This document shows positions 1-13,640 of a stretch of 64,000 nucleotides of DNA, piece by piece. A program made the position numbers and the translations under genes. The first letter of the stretch is position 1, and every line of letters begins with the position of its first letter. Source of the DNA: Tubulanus polymorphus (Eukaryota > Animalia > Nemertea). Location of the stretch: the NCBI RefSeq assembly GCF_964204645.1, contig NW_027437434.1, positions 62,001 through 126,000 on the forward strand. The letters run 5' to 3'. A model generated the notes under the pieces. It had not been told where the DNA came from and did no database searches. It was given only the letters and a program-made list of their open reading frames with translations.

Positions 1-1260
1 CCTTTTTTGGTTTACCTTTGTCAGCGATCTGATGTTGGCATTGAGCTAATTCATGTAAAATCGCAGTACGTTTTTTTATGTGAGCATTTGTTTCATTGGT
101 TCTCGGCTTAAACGATGTATAATCGATGCGATTGAAGACATGGCGAACCTCCGTCGATGACATGGTCAACTGAGTTAAAATTCTACGAAAACTGTTTTGG
201 CGTGGAAAATTCTCGGCTCTCGCGTATAAAATTGCAATGACCTCGATTGGGAAGCGTCGTCTCTACAAGCGAATTGGATTGGCTGTTTTTGGGATATATG
301 GGAAATTCCGGCGCTACTAAAATAATTATGGGAAAGCCATAGAACGGCGTACGTTTCATTGGATTAGGTGCCGTATACATGCGTATTTCAAATGCTCATT
401 GCTGGTGAGGATGTAATTATTTCACACATCCGCCAATGGTCTGTTTGCCGTAACCCAACCGACCTGACTTCAAAGGTACTGAGTGAAAACTTTGAATTTT
501 TGATAAAAACGGCCGACTGACCCACTGCCGACGTACGAGCTACGTATGTTTGAATTCAAGTGTGGATCATGTGAAAACATGCCTTAACATGTGGCCTAGT
601 TTAAGTTTTCCGGGAAACTGGCAGTGTTCCAATAAGCTGCCACTCATTTTAATAGCGACTATATTAAAGCTGGTAACGTAAAAGCGCGCATATATTCAAT
701 GTACTGTTTCATTTTTAACACAGAGATGACGTTCTAGACGAAGTTATAATTTTAGAATAATTCTTGAAATCTATGCTAGTAGACAAATTTCCCGTGCACA
801 ATGGATATGATTTTTTTGCGATATTGTTTCCATGTAAAAAAGCCCAAAGGTGAAAAATTTGTTTTTTTTACCCAAAAATTTTGCAAAAAAAAAATTTCTA
901 CCTACCTACCGACTCATCCTGAAAAGTTGAGTCGGTGTTACGGCAAACAGACAATTATTTTGGGATGGCCTTATTTGAATATTTTCTCATATTGTGAAAC
1001 ATATTTTTTTGAAAATAAAATATAGTTTCCCTGCCGTGCCTACCTGTACCCTACAAAATTTTGGACGTGGACCTGAAACAAATGTATATCTTTGGTCTTA
1101 TTTGACTACAAAATAATTCTTCAAGAAAGATAAAATACAATATAAACTTATGGAACTTTGAAGTCACGAATTAAAAAGATTTTTCAAGCAATGCCCTTAT
1201 TCCAAATGACCTCTAGCTTTCAAGGTAAACCACACTTTTGCCCATGGGCAATTTATTAAA
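1..1260. repeat. Copy of a composite intronic repeat (related to 27505-29270 and 29270-30540); includes a 5'-truncated Harbinger-type MITE ending at 970
   Basis: 1-430 aligns with about 27507-27940 and 430-1260 with about 28430-29270. Confidence 0.85.
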
Positions 1261-2581
1261 CAATTATACAGGGTATATCATTATTCAAGCAAACTTCTAT
1301 CAAATATTAGGCTAATTAATTAATTGTCTGTTTGCTGAAATGCTGACTCACGGTGAGTCGATAGGTAGGTAGACATTTTTAAGCAGAACTTTAGGGCAAA
1401 ATTATTTTATCACTTTTTTCTACATTGAAAACAATATGACCAATCTGCGTGGTGCACAGGAAATTTGTCTCATTTAAGAATAATTTTACTGTTTTAACTT
1501 CATATGGAGCGTCATCCCTGTGTTCAAAATGAAACAATACATTTGATATAAAATTACTTGGATACAAACTTACTTGGATTTGAAGTGAGCGCTCAAGTCT
1601 GTCACTGTCCTACTTTTGACACGGGAGCCTCCTGTGTACACGATAACTCAAAAATCGTTTGAGACAATTTCGTGAAATTTTTATGGTTTGTGCATAATTG
1701 TATGGTGGGGAACCCTTTTGGGGAATCTATGATTCAAGATGGCCGAATTATGACCTATTTTTGATATGTGAACTACCAATGTACGTGCCAAAAATCGTTT
1801 GAGAACATTTCATGAAATTTATATGAGATATGTATGATAGTATGATGTGAAACCTTATTGTTTTGGGGACTTCTCCAATTCAAGATGGCCGACACCATCT
1901 ACCTTTGACGCAGGAACTTCCCGTATACACGATGACTCGCCAAACCGTTGCGATAAATTCATGAAATTTTTATGATATGTGTATGATAATATGAAAAGGA
2001 ACTGTATTGTTCTGGTAAAAATGGCATGTTTTGAACTTTTTATTGATACAAAGTCTTCTGTACTTATTGCAGATACTTGATCTGTTTCTTCACTCACCTG
2101 GTTTATTGCTGTGTGCATGAGCGTGCATTTTGATACAACTATGTTTATTTTCTACTTGGGTCAATAGTACAGTAATCAGGAAGTTGAGTCAACTCATCAA
2201 CTTCACTTCAAAAAGTTGTGTGCGTGAACCGAGCATAGCAAACTCTGGTGCATGTGGCAAATCATTTTACTGCTATATTGCCAACAGGGATATGTAAGCA
2301 ACTACTTATTTACACTGTTCCTATATCCTCTCAATAGGCCCATAACTCATTAGCCCCACAATTCATTCCACATCCCATTGGGCCACATCTGATAAGTCCA
2401 ACGTCAAACCAACCGCATACACAAGATGAGGGGTTATGTGAATAGGTTAATTTGAGGTATGAACTTGAACATTGCTTGCTCATGTGTGCTTTATACACTG
2501 AGCTCATGCATTATATTTATGCTCAATGATAATAAACATTCATTAATACTTGCTTCTCTTTTTCCTTCCTCATCGCTGCAG

Positions 2582-2654
2582 TTGTTCAAATCGCTGACAT
2601 TATGCTGTTCAGTAAAGCTAACTATAAATGTACAGTTGCCGAACTGGAGACGGA
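2582..2654 (+). CDS. beta-arrestin internal exon, variant A (putative mutually exclusive exon): (V)VQIADIMLFSKANYKCTVAELET(E)
   Basis: Polypyrimidine tract plus cag acceptor (2579-2581), gtaagt donor (2655). 73 nt, phase 1 to phase 2. Paralogous to exon 4158-4230 and splices in frame to exon 12008. Confidence 0.85.
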
Positions 2655-4157
2655 GTAAGTGGTGCCACCTACCAGGATTATCCCATTATTTGTATATGTT
2701 GCGTTTTTGTCAATATTATTTTTATTGGTTTTTATTTTCAGTATTTAATTTTACGTAGTATTGATGTACCAGACGTGTAAACTGTTGTTCTGGCCCTAGC
2801 ATTACATGTGAGTTAAGTTTGACGCAAATTTAATTCATTTCCAATTGTTTTAATTCCAAAGAATTCTTTATAACTTGTGTGACGAGTATGCTATGGTTTT
2901 GAGTTTAGAAAGTTGAAATTATTTTATTTTCGATAACCTTACCTAGAGGGTCAAGTTTTAACTCACATCTGTGTAACAGGGTTCTGGTTGTTGCTTGTTA
3001 TGCCTTGGCAGCTGTGATGATTTCTGTAATTTTAGATATGATAGTTTCCCCACATTCATTCCACTTTTAGTTCGACCATGGCAGGGGAAGATTTAAATAT
3101 CATCCTCTTAAAGATTGCATCTTCTTGGATGCATTTTTTAAAAATGTTCTGACATCAATATTTGCAGCCTTTGGTATAGTTGCTTCAATCAAAATTCAAT
3201 GAAAAATGTCTTACTTTTTACTTGCGCATCACAGATCCTTTCAACAGATATTTTAACTATCCTGCCAGGGCTGACATCACACATCTGGTACATCACGCTT
3301 CACAGAGTTTGATGATTTTTATTATCTCAATGTCAATTATGTATTCATTCATTGATTTTTCTCACTGCTGTTGTTTAGAAATATGTATGTTTTTCGCCTG
3401 TCAACTCTCTTTTAGCTCTGTTTTTCAAATCTCTTTTTTAGCTATGAAAAAAATCTGCTTTGCCTTGAAAGTGAAATTGAACGACAAAAAGGTTTTAATG
3501 GGATTATGAAAACTTTGTAATAAAATGGTCAACACTTTGGAAATTCAATTTTGAATTTTAGTTAAAAATTTGGTGTTATGCTGGGCTGTGTCTATAAGGG
3601 GGATGTTGTAAGGTTCAATGATCTACCTTTGGTTTGGTGATATTACTAGCAAGTCGTCCACCAGATGCCATTAGTGTGCTGTAGGACATTATTTTGTCAT
3701 AGCTTTCTGTCAAGTTGTTTAGACCAGATTAGCCTATAGCGATTCTAATTTAAGGCCTTTAAAGCCAGTCCAAGCTGATCACACAACTAAAGCGTTAAAT
3801 GCCCCAATTTAGAGAGCATTTTGAAATCTTAAACCCCCAACATTGACTGGCTTGTCCAGTTCCTTGTTTCACTTTTGTGTCTGTGGATTTGACTCTAGAT
3901 TTAGATAATCAAACATATACTGATTTTAACTCGTCACCTACTCAAAACCTGGTCCAACTCAATAGACATAGCTCTAGGGAGTTTCGTTATACCATATATA
4001 CTGGTTTTCGCACAATTTCACCTCATGTATCGAAAAATGCCACTGGCAGGTACAGCAGATTGAGTATGTTAGACAATTGTTAAATCAATGTTGATGTTTT
4101 TTTCCCCTCAAAAAGCTTTTTATGTTTAGTTTTCGTTCATCCTTCATTATTTCACAG

Positions 4158-4230
4158 TTCGACAATTCGCCGATATTTGTTTGTTTTCTACTGCTCAATA
4201 CAAGTGCACTGTTGCCGAACTGGAAAGCGA
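4158..4230 (+). CDS. ARRB: beta-arrestin internal exon, variant B (canonical): (V)RQFADICLFSTAQYKCTVAELES(E)
   Basis: ttcacag acceptor, gtaagt donor. Peptide matches beta-arrestin [20 protein letters not shown]. Confidence 0.95.
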
Positions 4231-5241
4231 GTAAGTTTATTTGATGGGTTCCCTCTATCTGCCACTTCAGATCACTTTTCCAGATCAACTACCCAGGACT
4301 CAGTTTCACAAAAATAAATTCCCTTCAGACAGATTGAATTTTGTCATCTATTCTGTTATCTGTTCTGTTATTCAGCAATTATTTGGGCCATCTCAAATTA
4401 AGGCCCTAGATTTTGATCTTAACGTTCATGTTTAATCTAGCAAACAAGTAGCCTATCTGCTGTCTATGTACAGCCAAACCTGCTTAGCCAAAATTGGTTT
4501 ATTCCAGATATTCATTTAATCCAGGTCTAATCTAGTATCACTAAGAAATTGGTTTAGTTACTAATGGTTTCTGGATACGTGATACAAAAGCCCACTACCT
4601 GCATGAGCAAATTTGAAAACAATAACTTTTTAAGATCAGAAACAAACTAATTCTAAAAAGAAGACTGGGCATGCTTTTATAAACAAACCACTGAGCTTGG
4701 AGGCTGTGTTACATATTCTAAGCTGAGAATTTTTTGATAGACATAGATTCATTATGGTGCTAACAAATTGAAAGTATCTGTAGACCTCAATCAAATTCTC
4801 TCATTTAAGTTTGATATCTTTGAACTGAGACTTGCTTTACTTGCTTTAGAAAGAGAAATGCACTCAGTGCACTCTGTGCAGCTGAGTCCACTTTCTTGAT
4901 TGAAACCTTTTACCCTTACAAAGCCCAACTCGGAAAGCTTTGCCATAAAGGTTTGGGTCCTTCATCATATTTTAATTCATTTATCAAGTGGGCCATAATT
5001 TCCACCTTTTAAGTCATTTTTTTCCTTTCTGTGATATATGTATCAATCAAAATAATTTTAGTGTTGTATTTTGTTGTTTCAAAAAAATATCCCTTAAAGT
5101 GTGGTGAAATTGCATGACACTTGTATTATTTTGAATTAGAACATTTCAAATAAGTAAATTTTTTAGATACAGTTGTTGAAATATTTGTTTGAATTATTAT
5201 CTTCAGATCAATGTCTTCTGGCTTTTTAATTGTGCCATTTT

Positions 5242-7427
5242 TAGCCTACTTGGGACTTTAGTCCCAGCAGGCAATACGGGATATCGACAAACTCAAGTTC
5301 TGAAATTTCTCGTTTGATGGCGCTAGTCAGAACCGGAAATTGTAACCTAAATCTGGCATGTTCTAGTTCATTTGCAATAAAAATCACGCGGATCAAGCTT
5401 TTAGTTAGAGATATTTTACTTACTATACATCGTCACACGTAATCCTTTAAGTATGATATCCTGGCAATGTGTTGGGTTCGATAAAAGAAAACTTCAAACG
5501 CTAAAGATTGCTTAAAATGTCAAAAAATTACCAATAATCACAAATTTAGCGATGACGTTCGAAGCAGCAAACGAAAGTAAAGACTGGTGCCGGGTGTCAT
5601 CACTTCGTTGTTCACTTCAAGACTCTAAGGTGAATTTATTGCTGACTACACTGATAAATACGAAATAATATTAAGAAATAAAATTGATTTTTGAAGGAAT
5701 GCAATCGTAGATCCATAATAAAAATATGATAAGTATCAGGACTCGAACCGACAATCAAAAATTGGGTCGTCATGTGCTGCCACCATGTGATACCTGGCAA
5801 CCAGTCTTTACATCGTCAGCTGTCACAAAATGTTTTCGATGATTTTAGGACATTTATAGTGATTTCTAGCCTTTGTAGTGAGGTTTTATCGAATCCAACA
5901 TAACGGTAAAATATCACATTGGAAGGATTTATCATGACGATACATAGTAAGTAAAAAAACGCTCATCAAAAACCTGAAGCGAGAGATCTTTATTGCAAAT
6001 GAACTAAAACATGGTGGATTTAGGGTCCAATTTCCGGTTCTGACTAGCGCCATCAAACCAGAAATTCCAGAACTTGAATTTGTCGATATCCCGTATTGCG
6101 TTCACTTTTCGTCCGTTGTCCGTCCATAGACGGAATCCAGTTATTTTGGGAAGTTTTAAGAAGCTTCAATGTAATGCCTTGATATTTGGTTTGCACACGT
6201 AATCTATCCTAGACACACCTCAGCCCTAAAACTGGCCTGGTCAGAATCAAGATGGCCGCCTGGCAGCCATTGTTGTTCGCCGAAATCAGCACTTTTCAAA
6301 CATTTTTCGAGGGAAATTCTGAAGACGCTTGGATCAATTTCCTAAATCTTTTGTATATAATTGCATCCCCCTAGGGCCCATTAGCATGTGAAAAATTTGG
6401 GCGATTGTACACAAGATGGCTGTCCTGTGACCTGTTTTTTGCCCGAAAATGTCAATTTTGGTCCGAATTTTGAGTCCTGTAGCTTCTTAATGGATTGCTA
6501 TTTTTCATTTAAATTTGTGATGGGTATTCTATGGAAAGGGATTTTTAATACATCAGACAGGTATTTTTGATCAGCAATTGGCGGTCTTCTTAGTGTCATC
6601 AGTATTCATCTATAGGTGGTAAAACGTTTTTTTTTTTAGGAAAATATCAAGAGGTTTTGACTGATAGGCTGTTATTAGCACTGTCATGAGATACATCTCC
6701 TCACATGGAATTGGAATCACCTAATTCTTTGTTCTTGCCACTAGGGGAAGTTAAATATCGAATGATATATAATTTGTCTATTTATATTGGTACCTAAGCA
6801 GATTTTGTAACCACAATCAATTGCAAAGTTTTAGCTCATGACATGTTTTATTATTGTTGTGAGTTTCAATGTCATTGATTTTGGCATATTATCACCAGGG
6901 GGCGTTGAATGATAGAATTACTTAGTATTTCCACATTATGTTAGTACCTAAACAAATTTTGTTACCACCATTAATTGCAAATTTGTGGCTCATAACATGT
7001 TCATGATTGTGGTGAGTTTCAAGGTGATTGGTTTTTGCATATGGCCGGCAGGGGCATTGAATAATATAATAACTACATATTTCTACATCATATTGGTACC
7101 TATGCATATTTTGTTACCACAATCAATTGCAAAGTTGTAGCTCATGACATTTTCTATGATTGTGGTGAGTTTCAAGGTCATTAGGTTTTACATATGGTCA
7201 CCAGGGGCGTTCAATAGTAGAATAGTTTAGTATTTCCATATCTTATTGGTACCTAGGTATATTTTTTTTATCACAGTCAATTGCTTATAGCGCGTGGCAT
7301 GCTCTATGATTTTGGCGAGTTTCAAGGTCATTGGTTTTTTTATGATCACTTGGGGGCATTTGAAATTGTTAGATTGTGGTATTTGAAACCACCTTCCAAG
7401 GGGGCATGGTGTCCCTGGACCCCTGGT
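5242..7427 (+). mobile_element. Helentron/HINE-like non-autonomous element (family B) with internal ~150-bp tandem subrepeats; interrupted by a foldback element
   Basis: Starts at a T run with the tgggact-tt-agtccca hairpin and ends gcatggtgtccctggacccct. Same family at 55182-56425. Confidence 0.7.
5272..6099. mobile_element. Foldback / long-TIR element
   Basis: caatacgggatatcgacaaa... and ...tttgtcgatatcccgtattg are inverted arms traceable for about 330 bp. The paralogous site near 55210 is empty. Confidence 0.85.
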
Positions 7428-10400
7428 ATTAATCTCGGGCAATCTGTGATGGAATTGTATGTGAAAAATCTTTGCCGTTGACCTGTGACACTGGAGATTA
7501 TTGTCCAAATTGAGGTTATTGTTGAATTTAACCTTGGGGTTTACTCAATTGACATATATTAAACCTGAATTTCTAAGTTGGTATTCATCAAAACATTTTC
7601 CTGGTATGTGTTTAAGAATCCTTAAAGGAAACCCTGATATCTACATATAAATTGTTTATTGTTTATTGTTTGAGGAGAAAACTGGGATATGTTTGATATG
7701 AAATGGGCATCTGATCTAGATGTCAATTGACGTGTGAACAGTTTTCCTCTGTGTATCTGTGCTATAATATGATGATGCTATATTGTTTTGATGTATTTGT
7801 ATCTGTTTTTTTCTCACTATCAGTAGCAGCAACAGGCAAGTTCTCTTTATCATTCATTTACTCGTCTGTTTGTTCTTGTTTTTCTTTTTTAACCATATCA
7901 TTCTTCACACTTAGCATCATGATCCTGCCCCTACCTAACCAAGCCAATCCTGCGCACATGCTAAGAATTTCTGGCTCAGTGAGGCGTTTGTCAATTTCCT
8001 GTGTTAAATCTGACACCAATAAGAGATTCATGTTGAAACCCAAATAATTTTCAACAAATTGTGACAATTAATTAATTGGCTAAATAGGGTGTAGGACTTG
8101 TTAGGCTTAATTATTGAATATATCTCAACACAAGATAATCTGGTGATTTGCTTATGTATTTGGATCAGTCACATAAAGATTTACTTTCCAGTCATTTACA
8201 TATCTTTTAGTATAATCCTAGCATCTTTGTTGCCAAATCGGTAGAGGCAATTTCTCTTGTGAGGAGGATCCAGTACAAGGCTGTATGGAACTTCTTTCTG
8301 CCCCTTTATTAATCTAACAATTAGAAAAAGCTTATTTCCAGGTTGAAAGCTGTTAAAGATTTTTCATAATTTCTCAGATATGAAAAAGTCACTGAGCAGA
8401 TTTCTACAAATACCTCTCATTGGTAATTTAGCATATGCGGGTTTGACTGGCCCTTATACTGGGACTTTCCTTGGCCATCCTTGTGGTGTATGAACTGCCA
8501 ATCCTCTCGAGCAATGCTAGCTTAATCTTCTAACTTTTATTACATGATGATTTAAGTTAAGCTTTTATATTTAGAGTGATTTCATTATGTCTATTGAAAA
8601 TATGTACATATCATAACATTGTTGTTCATATCATAACCAATTTTGAATGTTATTATAATTCAAAGCATGTTCAATGAATGTGACTAAAATAGAATGTCTT
8701 ACTCGAAAATGATTGATTAATCAGGAGCCGGTTGCTCAAAAATAAGCTAAATTGAGCCAATGGTTAACCAATGGTTAAATGGATCCACTAAAGAATTATA
8801 TTGAAAGGTATAGCAACTAGCGGTTAACTTTTGAGCAACTAGCCCATTCGAGGTGACTATTCTTGTTTCTGCCAGTTTCCCGTTTCTGCTAGTTTCCCAT
8901 TTTATATACGTAAAACATATTAATATGTATCAATAATGATTGTTATTGGTGTTTTCGATGAAATTAGATATACATGTACAGACACATCAGGCATGTTGTA
9001 TCCTACCTTTTGAGCGACTGGCCCATTTGAGTTGATTATTAGTGTTTTCTGCTAGTTTCCCTTATTAGATAAAAACATGTTGAAATGTAGGAATTTTGCC
9101 ATTTTATTGTTATAGTTGATTTCGATGATTCTTGATATACTATGGGAAGCGATTCATGCAAAAAACAAGACCATTGATCGGAAGTAGGATAATTGTTTCA
9201 CTGTAGTATATTCCCAAAGGTGTATCTTTAAAGCTAGGTAGCTATTCTGTAACATTGTAGCTAATTTGGTCGCTTCTTCCAGAGTTCACCGTTAGGTATC
9301 GCCATGGAAACGTTTTGGCTGTATCTTTCATTCTTAGTGCAAGAGTTTTATATAAATGATAGGAGAGAAAACTTTGATATATATATATTTTTTTTTGTTC
9401 TGTAGATTGATTTCAATTTTATGCCGCATTAAATTAATGTTGCCAAATGTAAATGGCCCATACAGTCTGATCGACGACAGTACTTCATCACAATTACTTA
9501 TCACACGTATGAGTCCAACGATACCTTTGAAATCACGAAATACTTTCTTCCTATCTGTGAGAAATTCTTAGACATCCATTCATCCATGAAAAAAATTCAA
9601 TGGCCTTAATATATTTCAGGGGTCAGATTCAAAATACATGTCTAATTGAAAAATTATGAAGAAGTTTGAAAAATCCAATAACGTGTTGGTAAAAATATTT
9701 TGATCTATTCTATGCATAAACTGGAGCTAGATTTATACAAGCTCTGTTAAAATCTAAAAAGTCTTATTTCACATTTCAAATTTTCCAGATAGTGATCAGT
9801 AAATTGCCACTGCTTTTGTTATTGTACTTGTCAGAGTGAGTTTGACGAGAAAAAATTTGGAAAAATTATGTGAAAATCCTGGTATTTTGCAATTGAAAAA
9901 TATGCAACAAAAACTAATTGCAAGGGTGGGGAAAAGTGCTTAAGACGACACCTAACAGCAAATATTGGAACCTATGCGCAAATAAGCTACAGAGTTACAA
10001 AATAGCTACGGTACGAAAAAGTGACATCTTCATGTATATACTATGGTGGTGCATAAAACTTTCTTCCTTTGGTACAAAATAACGTCCAAACGAGGCTAAG
10101 TTTCTCTTCATAACCTTTAAAACATTCAATGCAGTAATAAAAGCTCTAACCCTATTGAATTTCATCGGAATCGGTTGCTTATTCATCAATTTAGTTATTT
10201 ATTTGTTGTTGGATCTACTTTTCGTCTCAGGAGAACACATGCATTTTTACGTATATTCATGCTTCAAACAAGTGCTCGTTACAGACTCGCTGCTATGTGG
10301 TGTATTGATCTGCGCATGTATATGAAAAGCTCGTGGCCTAGTTATTAACAAGGCCATGCGCTTAAGTTTTCCTGGAAACTGCAAATTATTCAACTGCCAG

Positions 10401-12007
10401 GGTTCGTCGCGGCTGGCCGTGAAAAGCAGTGAATTTAATAGAAGGGCAGTAAAATTGGGAACTTGGAAATTGTTCAATTTACGAAAATAAATTGTCTAAC
10501 AAACTTTGTACACAGTGTATAGAAATATTCACACCATGAATGTGGAGAGTATCTATTTGAGTGAGTGGGGAACTAGCTACCATTTATATTCATGATGAAT
10601 CGTCATGCTGTTGTATGTGATGGAGATCGTATCAATAGACAGATTTTCATGAAAACTTCTGTATTCAATCAAGGGGGACAACTTAGGCATTTTTGATTAC
10701 TTGGAGCACGGATTCTCTGAAATTCTGCCAAAACTTCATGCGTTTCCATTTATAATTTGAGAAAAGACATTTTTTCTTGATATTTTCCGTCATTATTGTC
10801 GATGTAATTGTCCGTAAAAAGTCAATTTTCTCCCATCATTTGAATTCAATCCAATAGTTATCACTCTTTTTCATTTGTTCTTCTTAAATCTCTACAGCAC
10901 CAATGTTAAATTTTGATGCTGATTAAACATACACTCATGTCAATTTAGGTAAGTCCATACTAAGAATTTCGTTTCTTGTTTATAAATTACCATAAAACTT
11001 GGTGTGAGGATTGAGTGAGATGAAATGTCAAACCCTATTGAAATTTATGTCATTGGCTATCAAATAGATTTAGCCTGTAATTCTAGATGGATTTCCGTGA
11101 TTCTTGGTCTAAAAATTGATGCAGTTTATCTATGAATGGGCACCGTGTCAGCGTTGATCTGTTCAAACCATCATTGTGACTCAATGAAGCCATATCCCAC
11201 TGAAGTTTTAGTTGTAGTCAAGTACGCCATAGTACGTACAGCTTGAGTTTCAGAAACTAATTAAAATTTGATACTCATATCAATTAAATCATACCTTAAA
11301 GTCGCAGGTCAAAACAAATAATTTGTGGTCCATCTTTTTCAACTTCGTTAAAAAGGCCAAACTCCTCGCTGTAGGCTTAGAAAAGGTACCGTAACTGGCG
11401 TGAGTTTCTTCAATTATGCTGAGGCGGGTAGTTCCAACGACTACTTAATAGGATTAGGCACAGGCCTAATTGGTAGTATTATAACAAAACAGGCTTGTTT
11501 GCGAAGTGGTGCAGTACACAATTGCTGGTGCATCGTAAAGCGTTCTTAACACTCACTGTATACTACAATAACCACACTCAAAGTGGTGAACAGATGATAA
11601 GATAAAAACCCACTATGTACAAATTATAAAATTTGAATCAAAACATCATGTATTTTATATTTATGTTTTTTTAATGAATAAATTCTCAGTTTTAAAATTA
11701 AAATTTGTACACCAGTTTGCAATTTTAAGCACGATCGCTGAGTTGCTCAAAGTTTTATCATCCAATGTATTCTTGTTTTCTATCAGTTTAGATTTATCTT
11801 AAGAGTAAGTATGTGTTAACCTGAGAACGTTCAATGGAATTAGATATATCATGATATACATTAATCACAACACACATTAATCACATGGGACAGGATCTAT
11901 GAATTAGAATGCAATGATATTGTAAGCACTGAAAAATCTGTAAATTAGGCAATGTGATTGGCTGTTTGTTTGATATCTCATGTCCATGAATGTTTTTGTT
12001 TTTCTAG

Positions 12008-12154
12008 GGAAGGATTTCCAATACAGCCGAGCACTCAAGGTTTCTGTAAAGTCTACTATTTGACTCCACTGCTGTTGAATAATAGAGACAAACGTGGCCT
12101 CGCACTCGATGGAAAGTTGAAACATGAAGACACTAATTTAGCATCATCAACTAT
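12008..12154 (+). CDS. ARRB: beta-arrestin exon: [48 protein letters not shown]
   Basis: ttctag / gtaagc splice sites. Contains the arrestin signature [21 protein letters not shown]; phases fit the neighbouring exons. Confidence 0.97.
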
Positions 12155-12274
12155 GTAAGCAGCAACTCATGCGACTGACAAACTATTCCAGAATTGACAT
12201 TCCAATTAATAAAATAACCTATTGCGGAATTGTTCATACCACCAGTGAAAATTTTCCATTTTAGCTACTAATTA

Positions 12275-12815
12275 CAGGGATGATGATTTTCCACCGTTCG
12301 GCGGATTTCCGCCTTTTCAATCAATTTTTATCATTTCTCAGATCGATGCAAATCCGTTAAAAAAATGGGGAGGGGGTGGTGGGGATAATGGCATCTTAAG
12401 GATAAATTGGTATGACCATAAAAGCGTTTTTATGCGTGTGCTCGCGTGTAGTGCTGAAAAACAGCTTTTGCGGCCCGTAACGTAGCACCGCCTACATTGT
12501 TTTTCTTATGCAAATGAATAGATGATGTGCATCTGGACTTGTCTTGTGTTTTTCTTATGCAAATGAATAGATGATGAGCATCTGGACTTGTCTTGGAACT
12601 AGCAGTGTGTTAATGGTAAAACATTGGACGATGTTGTTTGATTCTCTGAGTGAAATTTCAATCTTAAAACTGCTGAAAAATGATGAGACAATGTGAAAAA
12701 TCAAAATTTTCTGGGGGAGGACCCCTGACGCCGCCAGTAACTTCACGCCTCAGCTTTCTTTATTACGAGATTTAAAATTTTCTGCCTTTTTAATGATGCC
12801 CTGTTATCATCCCTG
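12275..12815. mobile_element. hAT-like MITE, CAGGGATGA TIRs, 6-bp TSD taatta
   Basis: taatta|cagggatga...tcatccctg|taatta. Confidence 0.85.
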
Positions 12816-12943
12816 TAATTAGACTCATAAATCGTGTCCCCCTAAAATTCAATAAAAAGGAAGCATAATCCTTTACTTATAAACGTAGAATTAAAACCTT
12901 CATTCGCGTTCTTTTAACCACGAAATACTTTCACAACATTTTT

Positions 12944-13640
12944 AGGCCATCCTATTACTATACTAATGGAGCGAATTTAGATGATATAGTTGCCAGTGCT
13001 TAGACTGTGCAACTGAGCATATATTCATACAAATCATTCATTAAAGCATTATTCATTCTCCAAATCCTAGGGAGCTAAATTTTGAAAAAGGGCCTCGTTA
13101 AAATATATGGGAGGTTTTTTGCGAAAATCTGAACGCAAAAATATCAGTTTCAATCAGAAAGGAAAGTCTCCTCTATGGTTGGCTTAGCGCAGAAATCAGA
13201 ACTTGAACCTATGGTATCGTCTATTGTTTTACTGCTGGGTTTTATTTTAAGATAGAGGTTTTTGGGAAATATTTTTATTTGCTATTTATTTTATTTGGAT
13301 GACCTTGTAATGCTAATTAGCCATTGCTCGAATTACAAATTCAATCAAATTTTTATTTTGCAAAAAAATTTTAAAAATCCAATTCAGTTTTACTTAATTG
13401 AACAAATATAACATCAAATCCATTTCAATTTTATTTCATTCAAATCAATAAGACCAAGGAAAAAGATTGATCTGAGGTTTTTGTTCCTGCCATTTCCCCG
13501 TCAGTGCTACTTATGAAAACATGATTGTACCATTTAATTTATATTGAGCGGGAAGTGTATTTTGAGAAATATAACCGACAGATTGCACTTTTTGCCATTC
13601 ATGAAAAATCAACAGCTGTTGTGCCCCTTAGGGCTCTTGT
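12944..13640 (+). mobile_element. Helentron/HINE-like element (family A)
   Basis: Shares the cctattactata...atggagcgaattt start and the 3' gcccc-tta-gggc hairpin with 19104-19976 and 51801-54423. Confidence 0.7.

Noticed and set aside
2072-2292. AG...GT-bounded segment that looks like an exon
   Set aside because: Stops in all three frames and no arrestin similarity; a poison exon cannot be excluded.
2660-4270. Possible docking/selector pairings (ctggcaggt at 4043 with 2667 or 4256)
   Set aside because: Only about 9 bp with mismatches, which is expected by chance without conservation data.
7727-8560. Short ORFs, possible retroelement remnant
   Set aside because: No recognisable domain.
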